From positions 1-43,631 of the IMG/VR virus record IMGVR_UViG_3300033148_001360: DNA of 43,631 bases, one strand, 5' to 3'. The number at the start of each line of letters is the position of its first letter. Position 1 is the first letter of the stretch. The notes under the pieces were generated by a model. It was given only the letters and a program-made list of their open reading frames with translations, did not search any database and had not been told where the DNA came from. This document shows positions 8,608-17,862 of the stretch, in pieces. The position numbers and the translations under genes are program-made. The stretch comes from a virus (taxonomy: Duplodnaviria; Caudoviricetes).

Positions 8608-9227
8608 TGAAAATAATTAAGCCAGAAGTAACATTGTTATGGATCACACCTAATGCTGAAATGCAAATCGAAGCAGCTGGCAGAACTTGTTATAAGAGTG
8701 AAGATAAGATTACTGAAACTTCTAGTAGTAAGTTCGCTGAGCAAATGCGCTCACGAGGCCACCATGCTATGATCGAACATGCCGTTGCATCATTTCGCAT
8801 AGTTACTGATCGTGGCATCACGCATGAAATTGTACGCCATCGTTTAGCAAGCTATGCTCAGGAATCAACTAGATACTGTAATTATTCTGGTGAAAAGTTT
8901 GGCAAAGAATGTTCATTTATTGAGCCTCCTGGGCTAGATCCCCATCAGCGTTCTCAATGGGTTCAAGCATGTAAAGCCTCAGAGGAGCATTATTTCAATA
9001 TGCTTGAGTTTGGTTGCTCTCCTCAGATAGCTAGAGCGGTATTACCAAACTGCTTGAAGACAGAGATCGTAATGATGGCGAATCTTCGTGAATGGAGACA
9101 TTTTATTAAACTTCGTGGAACTAAAGCAGCTCATCCACAGATACGTCCTATTGCTTACTTTATATGGGATGAGCTAATGAAGCATGCCCCAGCTATCTTC
9201 AGTGACTTGGCTCCAGAAGATTCATAG
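8607..9227 (+). CDS. thyX: FAD-dependent thymidylate synthase ThyX
   Basis: Signature 'RHRLASYAQESTRY', plus 'GHHAMIEH', 'ARAVLP', 'NLREWRHF..LR'. Confidence 0.95.
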   Translation: MKIIKPEVTLLWITPNAEMQIEAAGRTCYKSEDKITETSSSKFAEQMRSRGHHAMIEHAVASFRIVTDRGITHEIVRHRLASYAQESTRYCNYSGEKFGKECSFIEPPGLDPHQRSQWVQACKASEEHYFNMLEFGCSPQIARAVLPNCLKTEIVMMANLREWRHFIKLRGTKAAHPQIRPIAYFIWDELMKHAPAIFSDLAPEDS

Positions 9228-9304
9228 CTATTCGAGATCAGATTGAGTATCCAGAATTTCTTAAGATACTTGACGAGGTTCCAAATACTTAAAGAGGTAT
9301 CACT

Positions 9305-9688
9305 ATGGAAATATCTATAGCGCATAAAGGACTTGATTGGCTTATTCATGTAACAGACTATGATTATGATCCACCTGAAAAAGGCGTTCAACCATCGCTT
9401 ACTAATCCCGGCGAGCCAAGCTATCCTGAATCAGCTCGTATAACAGAAGGATTTGTTCAATTAGATGGGGCAGGCGAATTAGCTGAGCAAGTTAATACTC
9501 AGCTTTATAATCGAGAAGGAGCTTTGTTTGATTACCTAGTTGCTCAGAATGAACAAGTCATAGAAGGTGAGCTTCTTGACATGATTCATGCAAGACAAGA
9601 AAGCCAAGAGCGTGACTATGAAGCAGAAGCAGAAGAAGCTGAAGTAGAACGTCGCGAAGAATTTAAAAATAAAGAGGTGAAGTGGTGA
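9305..9688 (+). CDS. Hypothetical acidic protein
   Basis: GAGGT RBS; 127-aa ORF. Confidence 0.75.
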   Translation: MEISIAHKGLDWLIHVTDYDYDPPEKGVQPSLTNPGEPSYPESARITEGFVQLDGAGELAEQVNTQLYNREGALFDYLVAQNEQVIEGELLDMIHARQESQERDYEAEAEEAEVERREEFKNKEVKW

Positions 9689-9795
9689 ACGGTGAAATGA
9701 AAAAGCCAATATATAAATGCTTAGTTTGTGAAGCGCCTTATGAGAAAGGACAGAAGTACTGTCGAAAATGTCATGGCTGTTTAACCAATTGCTGA
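9685..9795 (+). CDS. Small Zn-ribbon peptide (not in the ORF track)
   Basis: (VNGE)MKKPIYKCLVCEAPYEKGQKYCRKCHGCLTNC; GTGA overlap with the upstream stop; two CxxC pairs. Confidence 0.55.
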   Translation: MNGEMKKPIYKCLVCEAPYEKGQKYCRKCHGCLTNC

Positions 9796-9817
9796 GACTA
9801 AGGATAGTGCCTGGAAG

Positions 9818-10051
9818 GTGCTAACGAGAAAGGATATAAAAAAGGATTTACAAATGACACATCATCATGGATATAGAGACTTGTTTAAATGTCCTGAATG
9901 CGGATATAAGAATTATACTACCCGGGAAGATATTGAAAAGCGGAAAGTTAAACTTATTTCAAAGAGAGATGATAAAAGATGGTTTGGTGAAAATATTAAA
10001 GAGATGATTCGTAACTTGAAAAATCTCATTCCGCCAAAACCACCGAAATGA
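9818..10051 (+). CDS. Hypothetical protein with CPEC motif
   Basis: ORF track; start uncertain. Confidence 0.55.
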   Translation: MLTRKDIKKDLQMTHHHGYRDLFKCPECGYKNYTTREDIEKRKVKLISKRDDKRWFGENIKEMIRNLKNLIPPKPPK

Positions 10052-10153
10052 GTTAGTCTGAACGTGGAGTTGACACCAATGGACTGTTGTGAGAATATTA
10101 GGTGACGACAAGGACTGATTGAGGATGATGTAAACTTTTCTGAGGAGAAACTA

Positions 10154-10240
10154 ATGGCCTACGAAACATTTCTGAACATGGATACATCGTTTAAGGCAGG
10201 AGATGTAATCAGCATTAAGTCTTCTAAATTGGAGGTATGA
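10154..10240 (+). CDS. Possible 28-aa peptide
   Basis: Strong GAGGAG RBS; its stop overlaps the ATG of the next gene (ATGA). Confidence 0.4.
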   Translation: MAYETFLNMDTSFKAGDVISIKSSKLEV

Positions 10241-10731
10241 AGATTATGTTTATAAAAAAACAAGAACTTGAGAATATATTGCAAAGACTTGCCAGTATAG
10301 AGTCAAAAGAGGATAATAAAAAAGAGTATGATTTTGTTGTTTGTTCTACATGTGGCTGCACTTTGCAAAGAAAAGACGCTTACAAGGGTGTAGGTGAGTT
10401 ACGACAACGTCCAGATGGTCAGCTCATGGAATTTCCCTATAGCTTCTTTCGGATGGAGGATTATGTTCATTATGATTGGTTCTGTAAAGCCCACTACGGG
10501 GTTGTAGATTGGGAGGATGCGGTTAAAGCCTACGCAGAAGAGGTGAGAGTTTATGCCGATAAAATGCGAGAAGACCTTGGGCTGCTCATAAAGGACATAC
10601 ATTGTGACGATCAAAAACCAGAAACTCCAGAACAGAAGGCAAGAGATTTACTGGAACGTATGGAAGTTCCTGGAGCGCAAGATTATACCGCTGGCGAATT
10701 AGTTGAACTGGCTAATCTTTTTACAAAGTAA
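10237..10731 (+). CDS. Hypothetical protein (CxxC ... CxxH)
   Basis: 164-aa ORF, last gene before the terminator. Confidence 0.75.
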   Translation: MKIMFIKKQELENILQRLASIESKEDNKKEYDFVVCSTCGCTLQRKDAYKGVGELRQRPDGQLMEFPYSFFRMEDYVHYDWFCKAHYGVVDWEDAVKAYAEEVRVYADKMREDLGLLIKDIHCDDQKPETPEQKARDLLERMEVPGAQDYTAGELVELANLFTK

Positions 10732-10741
10732 ATTAACATAA

Positions 10742-10787
10742 ACAAAAATGCATCATAGGGTTTCAATTTTCTATGACGCATTTTTGT
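10742..10787. terminator. Bidirectional intrinsic terminator between the convergent arms
   Basis: ACAAAAATGCATCATAG...CTATGACGCATTTTTGT inverted repeat with A and T tails. Confidence 0.8.
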
Positions 10788-10790
10788 CTC

Positions 10791-13700
10791 TTACTCTAAT
10801 GTCTTAGCTACTTCGAAGTATCTCTCATAGAACATCTCTCGTTGATTCTCTAGTTGCCCTATTCGCTTAATAACATTCGGAGTTTGTTCAAGCTTCTTCA
10901 GCTTATTAATCGTTGCCTTGTTTCCATTCAGTGATGTCTGAAAGTTCTCATGCAACTTCATCTGCTTAAACTCACTAGCATTCGCAGATAAGAACAATCG
11001 CTTGTTATCTGATTTTTCAAACTGCTTCTTGAACTTCCTGAACTGCTTACTTGCTTTTGAAAAGTCTTTCTCATTTACAGTTTTCTTTATTTGTGCGCCA
11101 CGCCCATAATGCCAATAGGCTAGCTTACCAAGTAATGGCACTGAGTCAAGTGATCTCAAGCCTTTCTCAACATCGCCTGTGACAACTCGCTCACGAACAT
11201 CAGAGCTTATTGAATCAACAAATTTAGCAGGCGGTAGAATCTTCTGCAGCATTGCTGATCCAAATCCTTCACGAGTTACTTGCATCTGCATATACCGTGA
11301 GGCTCCACCAAGAGTCAGAAAGTTTTCAATGACATTATCTTTGAAGCTTGTTTCTTTTCCTAATGCAAAATCTTTCAACTCATCCGCACCAGCATTAGCT
11401 AACGTCAGCATACTTAGTAACGCTACCATATTCTTAGTCCCTTGTGCAATGCGCTTAGGATCACCACTCTTAAGTTCTCCATATACCTCATTCCGAAACA
11501 CGTCCATCTGTTTCAGCGTGTATGTTTTTAGCATGTAAAAGATTCGACCATTTCCAGCTTTGAGATATTGCTCTGACATCTCACTCAATGCCGCAGGTTG
11601 AAAGTCAAGCAGTCTTGAGTAAACTAACATTTTGACATTCTGCGAGTGAGTGCCTGTTGCTAAGTCTTTAATCACTTGCTTAGTTTCTACACCAAAGATT
11701 GGCCTGATCTTCTTCTCAAGCGCCTTGATTCCTTCAGGCGATTTAACTTGCTCTTGATATCCTTGCAAGGCATTATTAATTAATACCTCTTTACCAATCG
11801 AATCCATTTTAGTCAGGCCGACTGCAATAAACACTTTGCTTACTGCTTGGCCTAACGTAGTACCGTCAGCAAACTCCTGAGCAATTCTTTCAAGTCCTAA
11901 ATCTTCCTTAGTCATCTTAGACTTGTTCATCGTAGCAGCGATACCATTCTTAATAGTTCTACTGAATCCTTTTGGCGTCCATGCTTTACCAACATATGCT
12001 GCCCAAGCTAAGTCACCAATCTGTGTTAAGGCTGATATCGGATTTCCCATAACATCAATATAGGCTAAGTTCTTATAAGCGTTCATGAAGCCCGTAGTAC
12101 CATGCTCATTAAACCTTGCGCTCAATATATCACGTACAATGGATTCATCTTTTTTATTCAAGTCCCCAGTGATCATCAGTTCAGCAATATACGCGCCAAT
12201 GTTTTCAGTATAATCTCGCTGACTCTTGAACTTATTTATTTCTGCTTCATGCAAAGTAATTAAGTCATTTAGATCAACTTCTCGCTTAGGATCTAATCCA
12301 TTAAGTTTCTTTAACTCAGCTTGAGCTTGTGTTACTGCCTGCTTATGTGCTTGAATCTTCGGAGGTACTTTACCAAAGAACTTACGAGCTTCGATCTTCT
12401 TTGTCATTGAATAAATATACTGCATCAAAGCCGCATCAGAATCCATGTAGAACTTCTCAAGCCCTTTCGGAATTTCCTCAAATACTCTGCCTTTAATGTT
12501 GCCCGGCCCGCCAATACCAGAGCCTTGACCTAAGATCATATTACTAATAAGATCCGCCCGAACATCAGGAAAGCTTTCATTTAAATCTTCAACAGTCACG
12601 CCCATCTGCTTGGCTTTATCTTTAAGGGCTTCGGTAAATACCGGATGCTCAGAAATGCCTTGAGTTTTTTGCAAGAATCCTTCAACGTCCTTAATAATAC
12701 GTGGCCAATACTCATCAATAAAACCAACATCATAACCGACATTGCGAGCTTGTTGCCGAATATCATCCAGCACGGTACGTAACTTTTCCATGTCCTCAGT
12801 CATGCCATAGCGTTCAGCTATCTGTTTGATCTTAACTGTATCCGCTTGTTTTCTAGATAAGTCCCAAGCATGCTTGTCCGCTGGAGTCATCTTTTCTCTA
12901 CGATCAAGCAAGGATGTTTTCTTTGTTTTCTCAAGCAATGGAAGAGCTGCCTCCAATGCAATCATAATATTTTGTCCAGTATCAAAATCTAACTGTCTCA
13001 TCTTATGCATCAAGACAGGATTATCAGGATTGATATTCTTCAATCGAGTTGATATAGCGCCAGCCAGTTTGTCAGCAAGCAACTTTGCATCATGCCCACG
13101 AATTTTAACTGTTTGCATAATGTTCTGGAAATAATTATTCTTTTCCTTAAAAGCATCATCATACTGCTTATCAGTGAACTTCTGTTCACCAGGTTCTGCT
13201 TGCTGCTCGCGAACTTCAAAGTTAATATCCTGTTCACTAGAAGCTAAGGCGTCATTCCACCCCCTGTAATTTTTTCTAAAATAAGGATCTCCGATCATTG
13301 CATTAATATGCCCAACTGACTTGACAAAGCCTGAGTCTCCTTTAGATACTTTCAATGCTTCAGACATGCCATCGTGATCAATAGGTATAGAATCCCAGAA
13401 ATAAGCATCGCCTGTCTTTTCATCTATAACATATCTTAGTACGTCGAAGTCTCCACGAATCCCTTGAGCTTGCTGCTCCATTTTAACTTGCTGCAAGTAG
13501 GAAATCAACTCTTGTGTAGTAGGGTTTTTTACATACTCTATATCTTTGTCACTCCAATAACCTTTAACATTATCAAGACTAACACTCTCTCGAGTTTCGA
13601 AGTAAATATTCTCAGGGCTTTTGAAGTCACCTTGATTATAAACTGACTTAACTTGCCCCGAGTCAAAGACAACAATATATGGATTGGCTCCAGTAGCCAT

Positions 13701-16625
13701 TACAATAGAATCATAGCCAGCATCACGAAGCTCTTGCTGACGTTGTTCAGAAGCACCTTGGTTAGGTAATGACTGCGCTTCTTCTAATGACATCTTGTAG
13801 GGCTTATTCATTTTCAAATAAACTGGCAAAGTATGTTGCCCATATGCATTTGCAATACCTTTCTTAAGGGTAAAGAAGTGTCCTAGCGGTGTTGTCACGT
13901 GGCCAGTGTTAGTCGTTTCATCTTTGCTAAATACTTCAAATACTTGATCAGTACCATGATAAAACTCCAGCGGATTGCCATCAGCTTTCTTAGCAACTGA
14001 TTGATCAAACCACTCAGTAAATTCAGGTGTATTAATATCAGTCTTCTTATTAAGCATCCCTGCAAGAGCTTGCTTAGCCACTGAATCATTTTGTAATTTG
14101 AACATCGAATCAGGTTGCTCAGTAGCTTGTTGCTCAGTAGCTTGACGTTCATACAGCTTACCGCTTTCAACCTCACGTGCCAAACCAGTTACTGATTGCT
14201 GGCCAAAAGCGAGCATCTGCTTCATGAAGTCCATCACTCGTTGAATCATTGCTTTGAACTTACTATCTCCACGATAAGCTGATCGATCAGTCATTACTTG
14301 AGCAAACATGTTTGCACGATTCTCTTTCATCCGCTGAATAGAATCTTCATGAGTACTAAGTTCAAAGCCTAGCCTGCCTGATTTGCGCAGCTTATTAAAC
14401 TCTGCATTCAGGGCTGAGTTATCACTTTCCGTAACCATTCCAAGATTATCTAAAACATGCTTGTTCTCATGCCACATGGTTTGATCGTCTGCATAATTCG
14501 CATCAAGCAATACTTCATTACCTACCGTGATGCCAAGGATCTTGCCATTCTCAGACATTTGTCCAGTTTCAATGGCCATCTTGATATAGCCTTGACCAGC
14601 ATCTTGAATGCTCTTGAATGTAACGCCCTTACCATTCTTGAACTTAACCCCAACTGATCCATCTTCAGCCTGCACAACTTGCTGCTTAGGAAACATACTC
14701 TCAATGTCTGGCAAGGATACTTTCGTAGGAGCTTGAGGCTGATCAGTAGTTTCAAACTCCGCGCCAGCTTCTGGCATTGTAATATCTGATTGTTCTTGCT
14801 GCTGCTTGTTAACTGACAGCTGCTTTTCTAAGTCCTCCGTAGAGAGAACTTGATTAGCATCATCAACTTGTCCTTGCTCCCCAACTTGTTGTTCATCTGT
14901 GAACGGACTTGCTTCACTGTCATCCAAGACTTTCTTAACGCCAATAAAACCATCTTGCGTCTGTGTAATAGTATACTCACTTGCATCAGGTAACTCCGCC
15001 ATATGAGCTTCAAGTTCTTGCGCAGACTGAAATGGCTTGCCATCTTGACTTACTATTTCAGGAGGCTGTTCAGTAAGTGCTTGAGCAATGTCATCATCAG
15101 CGATAGTTTGATCTATATCACCTTCTGTGACAAGCAATTCAGCCTGTGCCTTCGCTTGCTGATTAGCAATAACAGCTTCAATAGACTCAGCATCCTGAGC
15201 AACCGCTTGTTCAGCATCTTGCTCCACAGGAGTCTGTAGCTCAGCATCTAACCGATTCACTAACTCTTGCTTGAACTCATTCTGAGCAACCATAAATTGC
15301 TTGAGATCATCAACCTCATAACCTGCTTCATCCGCAAGAGCTTGGATAGTTTCTTCGTTCTGCAGCAGTTGCTTATTTTGAGCTATCTCTTGACTTAGCG
15401 CATTAATAGATTCTGGCATCTTCTCGAGGCCATTCGATTTAATGTTTTCAAACTTCTTATTCAGCTGACCTTCATAAGAACTATCAACATCTGCCTGAGT
15501 GTTCATGCTGGTACTAACTACTGCTCCAGCGCCACCACCGACTGCGCCAGCTCCCATGCTTTCCGCAACCTTCTCAAGATTTTCAATAGTAAACAGCTTC
15601 TCATCAGTGTTAATAACTGTATTCAAGATGCCCATAACTTCCTGACCACCTTCCTGCAAAGCCTCTTGAGGAATATTAGTCAGCAGCTCTTTGGCAGACT
15701 TCTTAACCATCCCAGCTCCACCATCTCCAAGCGCATCAATGAAAGTACCAACTAACTTACTGTTACCTCCAGCATACTCCATAGCAGTAGCTAATGCACC
15801 AAACAACATCGCAGTCTCAGGCGCATCAATGCCTTTTTCTTCTAACAAGCCAGCATACATACCACCAGTTTCCATAGGCATTACTGCAGCGCCCATACCG
15901 ATCTTACCACCAAGTTTTTTCAGTGCTTGTTTGGTAACTGCTTTGCGAATGATTGATTCCGCTTCTTTGCCCATACCTTTCTTAACTGCTTGTTGAACGC
16001 CCTTGTTGATCGCTTTCTTCAACAACGTGCGTCCAGCAAACGCCCCTACGACGCCACCACCGACCGTACCACCTGGGCCAACAGAAGAACCCACGGACGC
16101 CCCTATCAACGCCCCTGTGGCAGCCTCGACCATTGAAGGCACTAGCTCACCTAAAGTACCCTGAACATAATCAATCGCGCCACCAAAGCCCGCTTCACCA
16201 GTATACACATCTTTGAAAGAATATTTCTTAGCATGTTCGCCAGCTTCTTTGAGGTTTCTACGATAACCTTCCATGCCCCAATCCTGCACATCTTGGCCAA
16301 TATCTTCTGCTCCAAGTGCTTTGAGTCCTTTGCCTACTAATGCTCCTGCACCATAACCCATAGCTTGCATTTGATCTGTTCCGCGCAAGAGGCCAGGAAT
16401 AAAATCAGGCGCATCTTTATCAACATACTTCTTTGGAGGCGCTGGCGCAATAGAGTCTTCAACAACTGTGTTAGGGGCAATCGTACTCTTAACAGCCGCT
16501 CTGCTAACAGCCGCTCTGCGATGATTTGCATACTCGGAAACATCAGAATCTGAGTAGCCATTATCGCGTAACGTGGTGATTTCGTTGTCCGCAAGTACGT
16601 CAGAATATTGGTTATCAATAGGCAT
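10791..16625 (-). CDS. Giant internal virion/ejection protein with polyvalent domains (HExxH metallopeptidase-like and ADP-ribosyltransferase-like)
   Basis: 1944 aa, last gene of the structural operon; Gly/Ala-rich hydrophobic N-terminal region; 'WHENKH'; 'FYHGT...GHFFT...AYG...VYLKM...GYDSI...VVFDSGQVKS'. Confidence 0.75.
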   Translation of the reverse strand: MPIDNQYSDVLADNEITTLRDNGYSDSDVSEYANHRRAAVSRAAVKSTIAPNTVVEDSIAPAPPKKYVDKDAPDFIPGLLRGTDQMQAMGYGAGALVGKGLKALGAEDIGQDVQDWGMEGYRRNLKEAGEHAKKYSFKDVYTGEAGFGGAIDYVQGTLGELVPSMVEAATGALIGASVGSSVGPGGTVGGGVVGAFAGRTLLKKAINKGVQQAVKKGMGKEAESIIRKAVTKQALKKLGGKIGMGAAVMPMETGGMYAGLLEEKGIDAPETAMLFGALATAMEYAGGNSKLVGTFIDALGDGGAGMVKKSAKELLTNIPQEALQEGGQEVMGILNTVINTDEKLFTIENLEKVAESMGAGAVGGGAGAVVSTSMNTQADVDSSYEGQLNKKFENIKSNGLEKMPESINALSQEIAQNKQLLQNEETIQALADEAGYEVDDLKQFMVAQNEFKQELVNRLDAELQTPVEQDAEQAVAQDAESIEAVIANQQAKAQAELLVTEGDIDQTIADDDIAQALTEQPPEIVSQDGKPFQSAQELEAHMAELPDASEYTITQTQDGFIGVKKVLDDSEASPFTDEQQVGEQGQVDDANQVLSTEDLEKQLSVNKQQQEQSDITMPEAGAEFETTDQPQAPTKVSLPDIESMFPKQQVVQAEDGSVGVKFKNGKGVTFKSIQDAGQGYIKMAIETGQMSENGKILGITVGNEVLLDANYADDQTMWHENKHVLDNLGMVTESDNSALNAEFNKLRKSGRLGFELSTHEDSIQRMKENRANMFAQVMTDRSAYRGDSKFKAMIQRVMDFMKQMLAFGQQSVTGLAREVESGKLYERQATEQQATEQPDSMFKLQNDSVAKQALAGMLNKKTDINTPEFTEWFDQSVAKKADGNPLEFYHGTDQVFEVFSKDETTNTGHVTTPLGHFFTLKKGIANAYGQHTLPVYLKMNKPYKMSLEEAQSLPNQGASEQRQQELRDAGYDSIVMATGANPYIVVFDSGQVKSVYNQGDFKSPENIYFETRESVSLDNVKGYWSDKDIEYVKNPTTQELISYLQQVKMEQQAQGIRGDFDVLRYVIDEKTGDAYFWDSIPIDHDGMSEALKVSKGDSGFVKSVGHINAMIGDPYFRKNYRGWNDALASSEQDINFEVREQQAEPGEQKFTDKQYDDAFKEKNNYFQNIMQTVKIRGHDAKLLADKLAGAISTRLKNINPDNPVLMHKMRQLDFDTGQNIMIALEAALPLLEKTKKTSLLDRREKMTPADKHAWDLSRKQADTVKIKQIAERYGMTEDMEKLRTVLDDIRQQARNVGYDVGFIDEYWPRIIKDVEGFLQKTQGISEHPVFTEALKDKAKQMGVTVEDLNESFPDVRADLISNMILGQGSGIGGPGNIKGRVFEEIPKGLEKFYMDSDAALMQYIYSMTKKIEARKFFGKVPPKIQAHKQAVTQAQAELKKLNGLDPKREVDLNDLITLHEAEINKFKSQRDYTENIGAYIAELMITGDLNKKDESIVRDILSARFNEHGTTGFMNAYKNLAYIDVMGNPISALTQIGDLAWAAYVGKAWTPKGFSRTIKNGIAATMNKSKMTKEDLGLERIAQEFADGTTLGQAVSKVFIAVGLTKMDSIGKEVLINNALQGYQEQVKSPEGIKALEKKIRPIFGVETKQVIKDLATGTHSQNVKMLVYSRLLDFQPAALSEMSEQYLKAGNGRIFYMLKTYTLKQMDVFRNEVYGELKSGDPKRIAQGTKNMVALLSMLTLANAGADELKDFALGKETSFKDNVIENFLTLGGASRYMQMQVTREGFGSAMLQKILPPAKFVDSISSDVRERVVTGDVEKGLRSLDSVPLLGKLAYWHYGRGAQIKKTVNEKDFSKASKQFRKFKKQFEKSDNKRLFLSANASEFKQMKLHENFQTSLNGNKATINKLKKLEQTPNVIKRIGQLENQREMFYERYFEVAKTLE

Positions 16626-16696
16626 GATATTGGGTTCCTATAAGAAAATATGATGGGACTACATTAATTTACTATTGTTTATGGCATTATGCAAAG

Positions 16697-17851
16697 CTAT
16701 TTTGACATAACCCATTTGTTGTTTACTAACTTATACTTAGGTTTCTGCGGCTGTTGTTTGCCAAAACTTCTGATTGAGGTATCCAGTTTTTTCAGTGGTT
16801 CAACAACAAGTCCTTGTGACATTTCTCCAGCAACCTTTCCGGTAGCCTCTCCGAATAACGTACCAAAGGATTTTGGCTTGTCAGAATACCCTTCAAGTTC
16901 ATTCAGTGGGGTAGCCTTTGCTGTAGATAACAACTCAGACAAACCCTTTGGCGTAGTTTGATTACTCGGAGCAAAGGCAACGTCAGGATCAAAAGAATCA
17001 ATCTCTCTTTGTCTAGTAGATAAGTTTTTAGCCTCTGACAGCAGCCTGTCCGTGGCAGCCATCTTCGCCATCTGAGGACTTATCTTATCATCAAGCACCA
17101 TCCTGCTACGATCATAATTCCCTTTATCATCTGTAATATCCACATCGCCCCTAACAAAGTCTGGAGTTCCGATATTCGTAAATACAAATCTGTCCGAGCC
17201 ATCTCGACGCTTTTCTTTACGTTGAAAAATATTCTGAGAATAGGGCTGACTACCTGGACGATCTCGTACTGTTCCCGTACCTTCCTCAGGCACATCAGGC
17301 ATATCAGGCACAGTAGGTACACTTGCCCCGCCTATGGTTTCTCCGAATCGTCCAGGAGTAGTTACGCCAGTTTTCTTATCCATTTCTTCTGGATTATATA
17401 GCTGCATTCCTGATGCATTCGTCCTGTATGTAGGAAGGCCGGTAACTGGATCTTTTCCTCCATACTTCCATGAATCATCCGCCATCCCTCGGAGACCAGA
17501 ACTACGCCTACCGCCAGAACGCTTACCAGAAATACCATCAGCCAAACTTCTTGTCCAGTCCTTATCTTCTTGTGCAAATTTATTTTGCTGAAGATCCATT
17601 TGTTGTAAGAATTTATTTTGCTGAAGATCCATTTGCATTGATCTATCGCCTGCTGCTATATCCTTTCGTGTTTGCGCTTCAAGTCTTCTTCCAATAGAGG
17701 CTTGTCTTTTTGGAGCAAAACTTCCTTGTGCGATATATCCAGGAGAGCCTGGGCCGGTACGTTTCCCTACATCAGCTCCGATATGCTGCTGTATATTCCT
17801 TAACCCTGTTCTTGCTTCTGGAGATGCTTCTTCCCATACTGATTTTACCAT
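16697..17851 (-). CDS. Putative internal virion (ejection) protein
   Basis: Low-complexity, Gly/Arg-rich; lies between tail genes and the giant protein. Confidence 0.55.
   Translation of the reverse strand: MVKSVWEEASPEARTGLRNIQQHIGADVGKRTGPGSPGYIAQGSFAPKRQASIGRRLEAQTRKDIAAGDRSMQMDLQQNKFLQQMDLQQNKFAQEDKDWTRSLADGISGKRSGGRRSSGLRGMADDSWKYGGKDPVTGLPTYRTNASGMQLYNPEEMDKKTGVTTPGRFGETIGGASVPTVPDMPDVPEEGTGTVRDRPGSQPYSQNIFQRKEKRRDGSDRFVFTNIGTPDFVRGDVDITDDKGNYDRSRMVLDDKISPQMAKMAATDRLLSEAKNLSTRQREIDSFDPDVAFAPSNQTTPKGLSELLSTAKATPLNELEGYSDKPKSFGTLFGEATGKVAGEMSQGLVVEPLKKLDTSIRSFGKQQPQKPKYKLVNNKWVMSK
17577..17635. repeat. 33-bp-period tandem duplication within a CDS (QMDLQQNKF x2)
   Basis: AATTTATTTTGCTGAAGATCCATTTG occurs twice, 33 bp apart. 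Confidence 0.85.
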
Positions 17852-17862
17852 GATATTGTCCT

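Noticed and set aside
1600-9227. Z-genome (2-aminoadenine) or 7-deazaguanine modification system
   Set aside because: No PurZ, DatZ, MazZ, Que/FolE or DpdA-like genes recognised in the window.
9222-9293. Protein-like open frame after thyX (IAIRDQIEYPEFLKILDEVPNT)
   Set aside because: No start codon or RBS; it may be a remnant of a displaced gene but is too short to support.
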